Part shown: positions 9,522 to 18,953 of the stretch, one piece after another
Layout: every line of letters begins with the position of its first letter
Position numbering within the stretch: position 1 is the first letter of the stretch
From: Ferroglobus placidus DSM 10642
Lineage (GTDB): Archaea > Halobacteriota > Archaeoglobi > Archaeoglobales > Archaeoglobaceae
Direction of reading: 5' to 3'
Length of the DNA: 32,000 nucleotides
Assembly (NCBI RefSeq): GCF_000025505.1
Contig: NC_013849.1
Span: 90,001 to 122,000 of the forward strand
Notes under the pieces: generated by a model
The model's database searches: none
Told to the model about the DNA's origin: nothing
The model's input: only the letters and a program-made list of their open reading frames with translations
Translations under genes and position numbers: made by a program

Positions 9522-10408
9522 TCTACCACCTCACACAGGATAGCCATCCTAACCGGAACTCCGTAAAAAGCCTGCTTATAATAAACAGCATGCTTCGTCT
9601 TATCAACATCGAAAGTTATCTCATCAACCCTCGGCAGAGGATGCATGATTATCAGATCTTCTTTGGCGTTCTCCAAAATTTTGGAAGTTATCACGTAGCT
9701 TCCCGCAACTTTTCTGTATTCTTCCTCGTCTGGAAATCTTTCCTTCTGAATTCTCGTAACGTAAATCGCGTCTACCTCAGAAATAATGTCCTCAAGGGCA
9801 ACTCTCTCTCCGCCAACTTCCTCAACAAGTTCTTCGGGAAGCATGAGAGTGTCTGGGCACACGTAGTAGATTTTCGCGTTGTAGAGCTTCAAAGCTTTCA
9901 CTAAGGAATGCACGGTCCTCGAGTACTTCAGATCTCCCACAAGGGCAATTTTCACGTTCTCGAGCTTCGCTTCTCTTCTAAGGGTGAAGAGATCGAGCAA
10001 TGTCTGTGTAGGATGCTGTCCGGCACCATCCCCGGCATTTATAACCGGAACGCTGCTGTTTTCGGCAGCAAACTTTGCAGCTCCTTCTAAGCTGTGCCTT
10101 ATAACTATGACATCCGCGTAACCGCTTATAACTCTTATAGTGTCAGCCAGATTCTCCCCTTTGGCTATGCTGCTCGCCTCTTGGGATGTTAGGTTCACCA
10201 CTTCTCCTCCGAGCCTTTTCATCGCAACCTCAAAGCTCATTCTCGTTCTCGTTGATGGCTCGAAAAAGAGATTCGCGAGAATTTTGCCTCTCATGATCTC
10301 CATTCTTTTTTTACCCTCTGCAACTGGGATAAGATACTCCGCGAGATTCAGAATTCGTTCAATATCGGATTTTGATAGGTCTTCGATCGAAATTAGATGC
10401 TTCATCAA
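9509..10408 (-). CDS. pyrB: Aspartate carbamoyltransferase catalytic subunit
   Basis: 299 aa; FFEPSTRTRMSFEVAMKRLGG, VIRHSLEGAA, HPTQTLLDLFT, MHPLPRVDEI. Confidence 0.97.
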   Translation of the reverse strand: MMKHLISIEDLSKSDIERILNLAEYLIPVAEGKKRMEIMRGKILANLFFEPSTRTRMSFEVAMKRLGGEVVNLTSQEASSIAKGENLADTIRVISGYADVIVIRHSLEGAAKFAAENSSVPVINAGDGAGQHPTQTLLDLFTLRREAKLENVKIALVGDLKYSRTVHSLVKALKLYNAKIYYVCPDTLMLPEELVEEVGGERVALEDIISEVDAIYVTRIQKERFPDEEEYRKVAGSYVITSKILENAKEDLIIMHPLPRVDEITFDVDKTKHAVYYKQAFYGVPVRMAILCEVVEWSN

Positions 10409-10527
10409 AAGTAATTTTATTTCGGAATTAAAAACAGTTGCGACGCAGGTTTATCGCTCGAAGCATCGCGATCTCAATAAAGAAATTGTAATAAATTTTA
10501 GTAAATTTTGAAGATTTTTTATTTCTC

Positions 10528-10564
10528 AACGCAAAATTTTTAAAGATATTTCCGATTTTGCGTT
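10528..10564. promoter_or_regulatory. Perfect 10-bp inverted repeat AACGCAAAAT / ATTTTGCGTT with 17-bp spacer immediately upstream of the RHH gene; candidate operator
   Basis: Left arm 10528-10537, right arm 10555-10564, flanking a TATA-like TTTTTAAAGATAT; ends one base before the ATG at 10566. Confidence 0.55.
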
Positions 10565-10565
10565 T

Positions 10566-11087
10566 ATGAAGGCTCCGGTTAGGGTGACGATCGCCCTCGA
10601 TAAAGATACGGTAGAAATGCTGAAAAATTTAAGAAAAAAGCTCGATCAGTCGCAAAGCGAGATAATTAGAAACGCTTTAAAATTCTACCACTCCCTTCAG
10701 GATTACGATCTTGAAAAGATCAAGATTTACGTTGAGATGTTGAGTGAAGGAGAACATGTTATTCTCGACATCGATCACTGGATAGCTTTCTTGAAATTCA
10801 TTGAATCGCATCCGAAAAAAGATGACTTCTGGGAATTTCACAGAAAAGTGGCGAAAAGTCATGCTGAACAGTTCAAAGATATGAGTTTCGAGGAAATTCT
10901 GAGAAGACTCGAAGCCTGCAACTTCTTTAGACTGAATAAAACTTCCGAAAAAGAGTACACTCTAATATTTGGAAATGAAGAAACAAAATTCTTTGTGAAA
11001 ACTTTTTTGGAGGAGATTTTCGGAGAAATTAATGTAAAAGTGAGAATTGGGGAAGATCTTGCGAAGCTCAGAATATCCATCGAATGA
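10566..11087 (+). CDS. Ribbon-helix-helix (CopG-like) DNA-binding protein with novel-looking C-terminal domain
   Basis: 173 aa; N-terminus APVRVTIALDKDTVEMLKNLRKKLDQSQSEIIRNALKFY fits an RHH fold. Confidence 0.7.
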   Translation: MKAPVRVTIALDKDTVEMLKNLRKKLDQSQSEIIRNALKFYHSLQDYDLEKIKIYVEMLSEGEHVILDIDHWIAFLKFIESHPKKDDFWEFHRKVAKSHAEQFKDMSFEEILRRLEACNFFRLNKTSEKEYTLIFGNEETKFFVKTFLEEIFGEINVKVRIGEDLAKLRISIE

Positions 11088-11123
11088 AAAACATTTATAG
11101 CGTTCAGCCGATTACAACTTCCG

Positions 11124-11855
11124 ATGAGATCCCAGAGTTTACTGTATCTTTCCCTCGCGATACTTTTTCTCTTCTACGTACTTCCACTGTTATTTGCGCT
11201 TTTCAAACTCGATTTGAGTAAAATTTTCGTCGAGTTCGACGAAGTTGCGAGAGCAATATTCCTCAGCGTTACGACGGCAACTTTCTCCACTTTCATTTCT
11301 CTTTTCATTGGTGTTCCCTCCGCATACATCTTATCGAGAAGAGAGTTTCCCGGAAAAAGCTTTGTCGAAACTTTTTTGGACGTTCCGGTGGTAATTCCTC
11401 CTGTTGCCCTCGGTACGCTTTTTTTGGTACTGTTCTCGGAAACTCAGGCTTTTAGCGGAATTCTCTTCACGCCCTACGCAATTATCGTTGCCCAGCTTGC
11501 GGTTGTAACGGCTATAATTCTAAGGTTGATGAAAACCGTGTTCGATCAGATAGACGTTTCTTACGATTACGTAGCAAGATCCCTCGGCTACACTCCAGCT
11601 GAAGTTTTCCTTAAAGTTGATTTGCCTATGGCGAAAAACGGAATAATCTCTTCAGCAATTCTCGCATGGACGAGAGCTGCCGGAGAGTTTGGAGCGACGA
11701 TAGTTCTTGCCGGAGCATCTAAAAACGTTGAAACTTTACCGATATCCATATACCTCAAGCTTTCTGTAGCTGATATTAGCGGAGCTTTAATTTCGGTGTT
11801 CGTCCTCGTTGGGATAGGTATTGCTGCCGTAACTGCTATAAAGAGGCTGGGCTGA
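11124..11855 (+). CDS. modB: Molybdate/tungstate ABC transporter permease
   Basis: 243 aa; ModB/WtpB-like GVPSAYILSRREFPGKSFVETFLDVPVVIPPVALG and EAA-like loop ARSLGYTPAEVFLKVDLPMAKNGI...AWTRAAGEFGAT. Confidence 0.85.
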   Translation: MRSQSLLYLSLAILFLFYVLPLLFALFKLDLSKIFVEFDEVARAIFLSVTTATFSTFISLFIGVPSAYILSRREFPGKSFVETFLDVPVVIPPVALGTLFLVLFSETQAFSGILFTPYAIIVAQLAVVTAIILRLMKTVFDQIDVSYDYVARSLGYTPAEVFLKVDLPMAKNGIISSAILAWTRAAGEFGATIVLAGASKNVETLPISIYLKLSVADISGALISVFVLVGIGIAAVTAIKRLG

Positions 11856-12896
11856 ATGCTGAAGCTTGAGAAAATCTCGGCAAGGAAGGGAAAATTCGAG
11901 ATAAGAGATGTATCTTTTCAGGTAGAGGAGGGTGAAGTTCTCGCGGTTATAGGACCTTCCGGAAGCGGAAAAACGACGTTAATTGAAACGATAGTCGGTG
12001 TAGTTCGCCCCATCTCTGGTAGAATATTTTTAAAGGGAAAAGACGTCACTAATCTCCCTCCGGAAAAGAGGAAAATAGCTTACGTCCCTCAAAATCTCTG
12101 CGTTTATCCCTTCATGAGCGTTGAGGAAAACATAAGGTTTGGCGGAAGAAACATCAGCTTCGAAGAAGTGAGAAGAATTGCGAGAATGCTAAGAATTGAG
12201 CACTTGCTCGACAGAGAAGCTAAATCTTTGAGCGGTGGTGAGCAGCAAAGAGTTGCGATAGCAAGAGCTCTGGCAGCAAATCCGGAGGTTATTGCTTTAG
12301 ACGAGGCTTTTAGAGGTCTCGACATCTCAACTAAAGAAGGGGTGCTCTCCGAATTTAAGGAAGTCCAAGAGAATGAAAGGTTATCCGTTATCCTCGTAAC
12401 TCACGACTTCGAAGAGGCTTACGCTCTTGCCGACAAAATTTGTGTTATGAACGAGGGAAGAATTTTGCAGCTTGGAGACAAAGAGGATGTCTTTTTCAAT
12501 CCGAAAAACGAGTTCGTGGCTGAATTTTTAGGATATTCGAACGTTTTCGAAGGCTACGCTAACGGAAACGTCATCGAAACGGATCTCGGAATAATAAAAA
12601 CTTTTGAGCAACACACCGGAAAAGTGAAGGTTTACGTCCATCCGAGGGACGTGATGGTGGTAAGAGAAGGAAAACCCCTCAGGAGGGGAATTGAGGAGAA
12701 CATTTTCGAAGGAGTTTTGAAGGAGATTATTGAGAAGCCCAACAGCTCTTTAATACTTTTCGACGTTAATGGGGTGACGATTAAAGCTGAACTGCCAAAC
12801 TACGTTGTCGAAAGGTTAAGGCTGAAGGAGTTTTTGAATAAAAAGCCCGTCAGAATCTCTTTAAAAACGGGGAGGATTATCGTGATTTCTAAGTAA
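11856..12896 (+). CDS. modC: Molybdate/tungstate ABC transporter ATP-binding protein
   Basis: 346 aa; Walker A GPSGSGKTT, signature LSGGEQQRVAIARAL, Walker B VIALDEAF; C-terminal TOBE-like region; directly after modB. Confidence 0.85.
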   Translation: MLKLEKISARKGKFEIRDVSFQVEEGEVLAVIGPSGSGKTTLIETIVGVVRPISGRIFLKGKDVTNLPPEKRKIAYVPQNLCVYPFMSVEENIRFGGRNISFEEVRRIARMLRIEHLLDREAKSLSGGEQQRVAIARALAANPEVIALDEAFRGLDISTKEGVLSEFKEVQENERLSVILVTHDFEEAYALADKICVMNEGRILQLGDKEDVFFNPKNEFVAEFLGYSNVFEGYANGNVIETDLGIIKTFEQHTGKVKVYVHPRDVMVVREGKPLRRGIEENIFEGVLKEIIEKPNSSLILFDVNGVTIKAELPNYVVERLRLKEFLNKKPVRISLKTGRIIVISK

Positions 12897-13715
12897 TTAG
12901 AGAGACTTCCATTCTTCCGGAAGCTCGAATTTTCCTCCGATTTTGGCTTTCGGGGCTATTTTCCTAACTTCCTCAATTTCAGTCAGATATCCCATTTCTT
13001 TGTAGATTCTTTTGTTTGAATAAACGAAGTTCAGGAAAGAAAGAGATTTCTCAAAATTTTTCGTGAATTTCATCACTGCTATGGGGATGTAAGCAACTCT
13101 CGGAATCTGTTCAGGTTTCGGGAATATCACTTTCAGATTTGGACTCCAGTCGTCAAAGACGTCCCAGCCGATTACCGCATCAACCGCTCCAGCTTCTATA
13201 ATAGAAGCGGTGTCGGAGCAGCTTTTTGTGAGAGTGACTACGTTCTTCTTAACGTCAAGCCCGTTGTACTCGAAAAGTTCTACAGCGTACAACCCAACGC
13301 AAACAGTGTTGGGATTTGCTATCGCAATTCTTATTCCGTCTTTCTCCAAATCTTCAAGCTTGGATATCTTCTTGGGGTTATCTTTTCTGACAACTATTAC
13401 TGGAATTAAGTAAGCGAGAATTTTTTCCGTTTCCTCGTAAACGGCTCCTTTCTCCTTTGCAAGCTCCATGAAATCGTTGGACCCTGGCAAATATACGTCT
13501 CCTTTTTTGGCTATTATAGCTTGAGTTAAAACATATCCAGACCCTCCGTAGATCGCTTTGACTTTTTTGCCGTATAACTCGATTATTTTCTCCAGCGGCG
13601 GGAGATTCGCTGATCCGGCGTAAACCAAAAGTTCGCTTTCCAAAGAAAAGGCTGAAACTCCGAGCAACGAAAAAGCTCCTACCGCCGACAGCTTTAAGAA
13701 ATCCCTCCTCCTCAT
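12897..13715 (-). CDS. modA: ModA-like molybdate/tungstate-binding protein with Tat-like signal peptide
   Basis: 272 aa; MRRRDFLKLSAVGAFSLLG signal; LLVYAGSANLPPLEKIIELYGKKVKAIYGGSGYVLTQAI periplasmic-binding signature; overlaps the NarJ/TorD-like gene start by 4 bp. Confidence 0.75.
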   Translation of the reverse strand: MRRRDFLKLSAVGAFSLLGVSAFSLESELLVYAGSANLPPLEKIIELYGKKVKAIYGGSGYVLTQAIIAKKGDVYLPGSNDFMELAKEKGAVYEETEKILAYLIPVIVVRKDNPKKISKLEDLEKDGIRIAIANPNTVCVGLYAVELFEYNGLDVKKNVVTLTKSCSDTASIIEAGAVDAVIGWDVFDDWSPNLKVIFPKPEQIPRVAYIPIAVMKFTKNFEKSLSFLNFVYSNKRIYKEMGYLTEIEEVRKIAPKAKIGGKFELPEEWKSL

Positions 13716-14194
13716 TCTTTTCCCTCGAAAATTTTCTCAAGCTCTTCGGCAGCTAAATCGTATACTTTCGAGTGCTTTTTAACTCTTTCTGTAAACTTGA
13801 AAATCCACTCTTTCATTCTATTGAAAAATTCCTGATCGTCCGTTAAAGCTAAAAATTCGAGCTCAACGCTCACGTGATCTGGAGGTTCGCTTAAATAAGT
13901 ATATTTTAACCCCCTACTTTCGTAAATTTCCCTAACCTCGACTGTAGATTCTCCGTAAACGAGTCCCTCTCTGTAAAACGACTCGTAGGGATGACATTTG
14001 AGGGTTGGGTAGGAGCTTACGAAGAGTCTCGTATACTCCGTCTGGAGGTCTTTGAGACTCATCTTTGTTAATTCTTCGACGACATGGGAGTATTCGGGAA
14101 TTTCTTCCACAAGTTTTCTCATTTCATTTATAGTTTCTTCAGTTGGGAAGGAAAAAATGAGGGAAAAGAGTTTGAATATCTTTTGCCTCTTCAT
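13712..14194 (-). CDS. TorD/DmsD/NarJ-family Mo-enzyme maturation chaperone
   Basis: 160 aa; EYTRLFVSSYPTLKCHPYESFYREG...DHVSVELEFLALTDDQ typical of TorD/NarJ family; located in Mo-enzyme operon. Confidence 0.85.
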   Translation of the reverse strand: MKRQKIFKLFSLIFSFPTEETINEMRKLVEEIPEYSHVVEELTKMSLKDLQTEYTRLFVSSYPTLKCHPYESFYREGLVYGESTVEVREIYESRGLKYTYLSEPPDHVSVELEFLALTDDQEFFNRMKEWIFKFTERVKKHSKVYDLAAEELEKIFEGKE

Positions 14195-14195
14195 T

Positions 14196-15473
14196 TTATG
14201 CAGCCTCTGCTTTTTCGACCGGCAGCGCTTTTAGTAGGAAGAGAAGGATGAAGGAAATTACCGCAAAGACTCCGATCGTTATCGTTATCTCTACTGGAGA
14301 GGGCACGTAGTTCCAGTAGTCCACGAAAATTGGCTCTGGGTTCATCAGAGTTCCTCTCACCTCTCCTACCGCAATAGGATAAGCCCATTCGAAACTTTCG
14401 TAGCCGAGGATTACGGCAATTCTCGTCGGAATCAGGTTGTAGGCTGGAGGCATAAGCAAATATCTATGTGCCAATATTCCTAGATTTATTATCACGCTTC
14501 CGAAAACCAAGCCGGAGACCGAAGAATACCTCGTTGCCAAGATTATTATGCCAAGTATCAACAGGATCACTTCTGCTGCATGGATAGCCAAGTAGTCTCT
14601 GAAAACGAGCATCAGTGCATCGTACTCTTTCCCAGCCTCCCACCACCACCTCACGAGGAAGTCGTTGTAGTACATGAAAAGCAATCCAGCTGCTGATGCG
14701 GCTGAAACCTTGGCAAGCAATCTGTAAGTTTGTGCGAGTTCTTCTTTAAATCCGTAAACTATCAGCGAAGCCAAAATAACCACTGCAGGACCAGCTGTTA
14801 GCGCTGCAGCGATAAAAGTTGGAGCAAGTAATCCGCCGTACCACCAAGGTCTTGAAAGCTGAGTAGCTAAGACCCAAGCGGTGACCGTGTGGATGAGTAT
14901 GGCGAACGGCAAAGCTATTGGTGCGAGTATTTTTGCTTGTCTTTCCGAAGCTTCTCTTAGCCTTGCAAGCTCGTCAGCTTTCACGTCTCTTTTCATTATC
15001 GTTTTTCCGAATATCGTTATTCCTCTCTCAGCTATCCTCGGTCTGAGCTGGACGTAGGTGTAGATTGCTGAAAGGACAGCATAGGTTGAGAGAACGAGAA
15101 AGTCCCAAGGAAGCAGAGATTTGGGGTTGGGGTAGATAATGATGTTGAGGATTCTATCCGGTCTACCCAAGTCAGGCAAGACCATGAGCATTGCAGCGAC
15201 CGCAAATATAAATGCTGTTAGAGAAGCCACTGGCGCTATTGGTTTCAGCTGCTTGGCTCCGAAGATGTAGATTGCCGAAGATACGACAAGACCACCCGCT
15301 GCCGTACCGACGTAAAAAGCCCACATCGCTATGTAAAGACCCCAGCTGAACGGGTTTCTCATGTTTGTCACTATTAACCCCTTCTGGATCTGGTAGATCC
15401 AGGCGGCGAAGCCAATTATTGCAAGTATTCCGAGTATGAGCATCGCAAGATTATACTTCCTCATCAAACTCAC
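14196..15473 (-). CDS. NrfD/PsrC-family membrane quinol-interacting subunit
   Basis: 425 aa, about 10 TM segments; NPFSWGLYIAMWAFYVGTAAGGLVVSS, DLGRPDRILNIIIYPNPKSLLPWDF. Confidence 0.88.
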   Translation of the reverse strand: MSLMRKYNLAMLILGILAIIGFAAWIYQIQKGLIVTNMRNPFSWGLYIAMWAFYVGTAAGGLVVSSAIYIFGAKQLKPIAPVASLTAFIFAVAAMLMVLPDLGRPDRILNIIIYPNPKSLLPWDFLVLSTYAVLSAIYTYVQLRPRIAERGITIFGKTIMKRDVKADELARLREASERQAKILAPIALPFAILIHTVTAWVLATQLSRPWWYGGLLAPTFIAAALTAGPAVVILASLIVYGFKEELAQTYRLLAKVSAASAAGLLFMYYNDFLVRWWWEAGKEYDALMLVFRDYLAIHAAEVILLILGIIILATRYSSVSGLVFGSVIINLGILAHRYLLMPPAYNLIPTRIAVILGYESFEWAYPIAVGEVRGTLMNPEPIFVDYWNYVPSPVEITITIGVFAVISFILLFLLKALPVEKAEAA

Positions 15474-16225
15474 CCCTTAACCTCCTCCTTATAATCAACT
15501 TCTCCCCTCTTCGTTTTTCTGGCTGGAGGAATGTAGAAAACTTTAGGCTCAGTTCCGAGCTCCTCAAGCAATCTGAAAACTGATCTATCCCTCAAGATCT
15601 TCGAAATCTCGCTGTTCGGATCGTCTAAATCCCCGAAAACTCTCGCGTTGCCGGGACATCCCCTAACGCATGCGGGAGCAATTCCTTTGTCAACGAACTG
15701 AACGCAGAACGTGCACTTCTCCACCACTCCTCTCGGTCTCGTTTTGGTGTAAACAAGCCTGCCATCCTTGGTTCTGTGATCGAAAGGATATCCATGTTTG
15801 TAATCTTTGACAGCATACCAGTTCTCTTCAAACCCCGCTCTTTCGAAAGCTTGTTTGAAGTTCTCATCGGCATCCTGCCAGTTGAACTGCCTCACTCCGT
15901 AAGGGCAGGCTGTGATGCAGTATCTGCAACCTATGCACCTCTCGAAGTCCACCAAAACCAAGCCGTCCTCTCTCTTCCACGTCGCCCCTACTGGACAGAC
16001 TTTGACGCATGGAGCGTTTTCGCAGTGCATACACGGCACTGGAAGAAAAACTTCGGAAAGGTTTGGATATTCTCCCACTGGCACCATGTGCTCTTTCGAG
16101 CCTACTGTTTCAACTCTCTGCCACCATGTTCCCGGAGGGACGCTGTTCACCATTTTGCATATTACGGCACAGCTTCTGCAGCCTATACACCTGTTAAGGT
16201 CTATAACCATGCCGTACCTAACCAT
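15470..16225 (-). CDS. Four-cluster [4Fe-4S] electron-transfer subunit (PsrB/TtrB-like) of molybdopterin oxidoreductase
   Basis: 251 aa; CIGCRSCAVICK, CMHCENAPCVKVCPVGA, CIGCRYCITACPYG, CTFCVQFVDKGIAPACVRGCPGNA. Confidence 0.92.
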   Translation of the reverse strand: MVRYGMVIDLNRCIGCRSCAVICKMVNSVPPGTWWQRVETVGSKEHMVPVGEYPNLSEVFLPVPCMHCENAPCVKVCPVGATWKREDGLVLVDFERCIGCRYCITACPYGVRQFNWQDADENFKQAFERAGFEENWYAVKDYKHGYPFDHRTKDGRLVYTKTRPRGVVEKCTFCVQFVDKGIAPACVRGCPGNARVFGDLDDPNSEISKILRDRSVFRLLEELGTEPKVFYIPPARKTKRGEVDYKEEVKG

Positions 16226-16235
16226 TTAACTCACC

Positions 16236-18932
16236 TCAAACCTTCCTGACATCGCAAGCTGTTTCGTTCCAGCACGTTGTCGGCTCCCATATTCCGGGAA
16301 CGAAGTAAGCTAAGTGAGTCGCTTTAACCCACGGGAACGTTAGCGTGTTATACGAAGCCCCTCTCAGATACCTGCTCCACCATCCCTGCTCGAAGATTAT
16401 GACTCGCGGATGGATTCCTGGATCGAGAACGGCATATCCGTAGACTTTTCCTCTGTCGTTGTAAACCTCCACGAGATCCCCCTCTTTGATGCCTTTCTCC
16501 TTCGCAGTTTCGGGATTCATCCATACTCTCGGTCTGAAGTCCTGTAACTCAAGCATCGTCAGGTTGTTGCTGTGGGTTGAGTGAACTCTGTAGAGAGCGT
16601 TTCTCGTCACGTAAGCGAATTTGTACTTGTTCTTAGCTTCTGGATTGACTTTGTACTCTGTGTCGACGAAGGGGTCTTTGTGAACTGGCAAAGTTTCTCC
16701 GAAGTCTATGAAAACGTCCTCTTCTTTGTAGAACTCAATTCTTCCACTCTTCACGAATCTGGCTGTCTTGGGGAGGGGCGCTGGATAAGATGGCGGAGGG
16801 AACGGCTTTTTCTCTTGAATCTGCTCCCAGAAGGGAATCTGTCTGTTGTTCGGGGCTGGAAGGTTTAGTCTAACTGCACCTTCTTTAAGAAGCCTTTCGA
16901 GGGTTATGTTCTTCGTGAACTCGTGCTTTCCGAGCATGAGCTCAGCAGCTTTCAGCGAAGCTTCGTTCGCTATTTCTCTAGCGAGCTTCAAGCTCCAGGT
17001 TCCGTTCTTTCTCGCTTCCTCTTCTCTTCTGAACAGCTCTGGATCTGGATAGAACTCTTCTATCTGTGCCTTAAGCTCTGGGTCGTCCCATCTTTCCACG
17101 AGTCTCTTCGCTATTTCTTTGAAAATCCATATCTCCGGCATGCACTCAAATAGCGGCTCTATGGCAGGTTGTTGAAGCTGCACGTAAGGGTGAAGTATCG
17201 TGGCGGTAAGTTCGTATTTCTCGTACCAAGCAACTCCTGGCAATACAACATCAGCCCACTTCGTTGATGTCGTCTGCTGGAAGTCTATGGCAACTATTAG
17301 TTCGAGCTCACCACTTTTAGCCATCTCTTTAAGCCTGTTAGCCATGTTATGCTGATCAAATGGGTTGTTCCATCCGAAAACGAAAGCTTTAACGTCGTTC
17401 TTCGGGTAAGGAGTTTCTCTGTTGTACTTCCTGAACTCTTCACTCTGCCTGTATTCTTTGTTTAACCAGAGCAAGAACGTAACCCAGTTTGGCTTTCTTC
17501 CCTTAAACGACCACCACATTCCAAGGGGCCATCTTATTTTGAACTGTCCGGCGTATGTGGAAATTCCAGCACCGGGCTTTCCTATGTTTCCGGTTAGAGC
17601 CACTATTAACGAGAGAGCTCTTCCCTTTAAGTCTCCGTGGAACCACTGGTAGTTGCTCGCTCCGTAGATAATGTGGAGGGGCTTTACCGTTCCCATCTCT
17701 CTGCCGAGTCTCTTAATTATCTCCACATACTCCTCCTTGCTTCTACCCGGTGGAGTTATGATCTCTGCAACTTTTTCCGGAGTGTAGTCTTTGTTCACGA
17801 GCTCTTTAACAAGCTGGAATACCGGTTTGACCTTAACTTTTCTCCCGTCAACGAGCTCTACTTCAAATTCACCCTCTAAAGCTGGTTCGAAATCTCTTTC
17901 GAGCGTCTCAGGATTCACTATTTTGAATCTCTTCTCCTTGACATCGTAAACAACGAAGAGATCTCTGTATTCCGGAATCTTCTCTTTCATTTTCTCAGCT
18001 TCGTCCTTAAGCTCTTTAATCTCGTAAGCTCTCAGTCTCTTCTGGTTATCAAGCCTCACAAGGAGCGGCAAATCCGTGTAGGTCTTTACGAAATCCTCGT
18101 CGTAGAGCTTCTCGTTTATTATGACGTTCACTATTCCGAGAGCTAAAGCAGCATCGGTAGATGGATTGATCTGAATCCACTCATCAGCTTTAGCGGCTGT
18201 TGGAGTGAAGTTCATATCTACCATGATTACTTTCGCTCCTCTCTCTTTGGCTATGCTCAGGAACTTTGCGTCTGGCAGCCTTGTAACGAGAATGTTTGAG
18301 CCGAAAATTGCTATGTACCTTGAATTCACCCACTCAAGCGACTCAAATTCTTCGGTTTGCACTCCGAAAGTTTGAGACCAGAAAGCCGGTAGATCTCCGT
18401 TCATCGTGTATCCGTGAAGAACGCTCCATCCAAACATCGAAGCAAGCCTTATTGCAGCTCCTTTGTGCACGTATCCGGTTCCTGGCACTTGTATCGATAA
18501 GGCAACGCTTTCCGGTCCGTATTTTTTCATAACTTCGGCAAGTTTGTCAGCCACGTAGTCCAAAGCTTCGTCCCAGCTAACGGCTTTAAACTTCCCTTCC
18601 CCTCTCTCCCCAACTCTTATGAGCGGTTTTTTGAGTCTGTCAGGTCCGTAGATGAGGTTGAGCATCGACTGCCCTTTCAAGCAACCTCTCGGATTGTATT
18701 CAGCCTCTGGATAATCCGCTGCCTGAATGAGCTGCACTATTCTCCCCTTGTAAACGTAGGCGTTGTAGGCACAAGCACCGGTGCAGTTCGGAGAACAAGT
18801 TGATCTGACGACTTTCAGCTCTTCGTCTCTTTTCTCCGCTGAAGTTGCAAGTTCGAAGTACTTGCTGCCGATTCCCGCTGATATCGCTGTTAAAGCGCAT
18901 ATTTTCACAAAATCCCTTCTCGTTACGTTCAT
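16236..18932 (-). CDS. Tat-exported molybdopterin oxidoreductase catalytic subunit, NarG/SerA/PcrA-like (type II DMSO reductase family); substrate nitrate or another oxyanion not provable from sequence
   Basis: 898 aa; TRRDFVKICALTAISAG signal; STCSPNCTGAC...NPRGCLKG Fe-S ligands; MNGDLPAFWSQTFGVQTE with candidate Asp Mo ligand; FGSNILVTRLPDA. Confidence 0.88.
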   Translation of the reverse strand: MNVTRRDFVKICALTAISAGIGSKYFELATSAEKRDEELKVVRSTCSPNCTGACAYNAYVYKGRIVQLIQAADYPEAEYNPRGCLKGQSMLNLIYGPDRLKKPLIRVGERGEGKFKAVSWDEALDYVADKLAEVMKKYGPESVALSIQVPGTGYVHKGAAIRLASMFGWSVLHGYTMNGDLPAFWSQTFGVQTEEFESLEWVNSRYIAIFGSNILVTRLPDAKFLSIAKERGAKVIMVDMNFTPTAAKADEWIQINPSTDAALALGIVNVIINEKLYDEDFVKTYTDLPLLVRLDNQKRLRAYEIKELKDEAEKMKEKIPEYRDLFVVYDVKEKRFKIVNPETLERDFEPALEGEFEVELVDGRKVKVKPVFQLVKELVNKDYTPEKVAEIITPPGRSKEEYVEIIKRLGREMGTVKPLHIIYGASNYQWFHGDLKGRALSLIVALTGNIGKPGAGISTYAGQFKIRWPLGMWWSFKGRKPNWVTFLLWLNKEYRQSEEFRKYNRETPYPKNDVKAFVFGWNNPFDQHNMANRLKEMAKSGELELIVAIDFQQTTSTKWADVVLPGVAWYEKYELTATILHPYVQLQQPAIEPLFECMPEIWIFKEIAKRLVERWDDPELKAQIEEFYPDPELFRREEEARKNGTWSLKLAREIANEASLKAAELMLGKHEFTKNITLERLLKEGAVRLNLPAPNNRQIPFWEQIQEKKPFPPPSYPAPLPKTARFVKSGRIEFYKEEDVFIDFGETLPVHKDPFVDTEYKVNPEAKNKYKFAYVTRNALYRVHSTHSNNLTMLELQDFRPRVWMNPETAKEKGIKEGDLVEVYNDRGKVYGYAVLDPGIHPRVIIFEQGWWSRYLRGASYNTLTFPWVKATHLAYFVPGIWEPTTCWNETACDVRKV

Positions 18933-18953
18933 TTGCGACCCCTCACCATTTAG

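Noticed and set aside
14196-18932. Calling the Mo-enzyme firmly narGHI
   Set aside because: The membrane subunit is NrfD-like, the catalytic subunit is shorter than bacterial NarG, and related archaeal enzymes may reduce other oxyanions.
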